Shown here piece after piece: positions 63,290 through 64,000 of a stretch of DNA of 64,000 nucleotides. Each line of letters begins with the position of its first letter. Position 1 is the stretch's first letter. The notes under the pieces are model-generated. The model worked only from the letters and a program-made list of their open reading frames with translations, was not told where the DNA came from and ran no database searches. The stretch covers positions 265,236,001-265,300,000 of the forward strand of contig OZ024741.1 of NCBI GenBank assembly GCA_964016885.1, written 5' to 3'. The translations under genes were made by a program, and so were the position numbers. Origin of the DNA: Eledone cirrhosa. Its lineage: Eukaryota.

Positions 63290-63402
<113 letters not shown>

Positions 63403-63640
63403 TGTGTGTGGGTAGAATTCCTGAGATCCATGGGCGAGTTCTCTCCAGCGGTCTCTGTCCCTCATCATCGCTGATGAATAGTAGATAGAAAACTGTATTC
63501 GTGAAAAGAAGTTCATAGTATTAGTAGAACGTCCTTCTGTAGTCTGTGTTATCACTATCCCTGGTGGTGTAGTCTGTGGCCGAGAACATGAGAGCCTGTA
63601 AGACCAGGAGAGGGAGAGAGAGGAGAGAGAGAGAGAGTGG

Positions 63641-63700
<60 letters not shown>

Positions 63701-63886
63701 GAAGCTGGAAAGCCACGACAATGCAGGTTTGGACAGAGGAAAAATCTAAACGCAAAAAGTAGGTGGGGGGTTCTATTTTTTACCTTAATTTATTCTTATG
63801 TCCTGATATTTCGAGATTAATATCCCTTCATCCAAGGAAAATAAAGGAACTATTCCAGTGTCCGATGCTGGCCAGCGTTTTATAGA

Positions 63887-63953
<67 letters not shown>

Positions 63954-64000
63954 TCACCCATTGGATAACAGCGAACAGATCCGATTGTAGTCATGTCTGG

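Overview
Repeat-dominated, AT-rich eukaryotic DNA. The SINE, RTE and Penelope complement and the extreme microsatellite density suggest an octopus or related coleoid cephalopod (inference from recalled repeat families, not a search). Most ORFs in the track are microsatellite artefacts. The supportable content is: (1) a young Tx1/L1-type LINE with an intact ORF2 and a 14-bp TSD (57259-62746); (2) truncated RTE, R4/Dong-like and Penelope-like (GIY-YIG) retroelements, tRNA-derived SINEs and DNA-transposon MITEs; (3) many Penelope-type hammerhead-ribozyme motifs, often inside long fold-back hairpins in (TA)n tracts; (4) three large minisatellites, one amplified from inside an RTE ORF (84 bp), one from the B-box segment of a SINE (47/94 bp) and one of unknown origin (43 bp); (5) a recent 2.1-kb tandem duplication; (6) one convincing host coding exon on the minus strand (54185-54419), encoding a signal peptide, an acidic spacer and an 8-Cys N-terminal half of an IGFBP-like domain. 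Weaker candidate exons exist on both strands. All calls were made by eye, and repeat boundaries are approximate.
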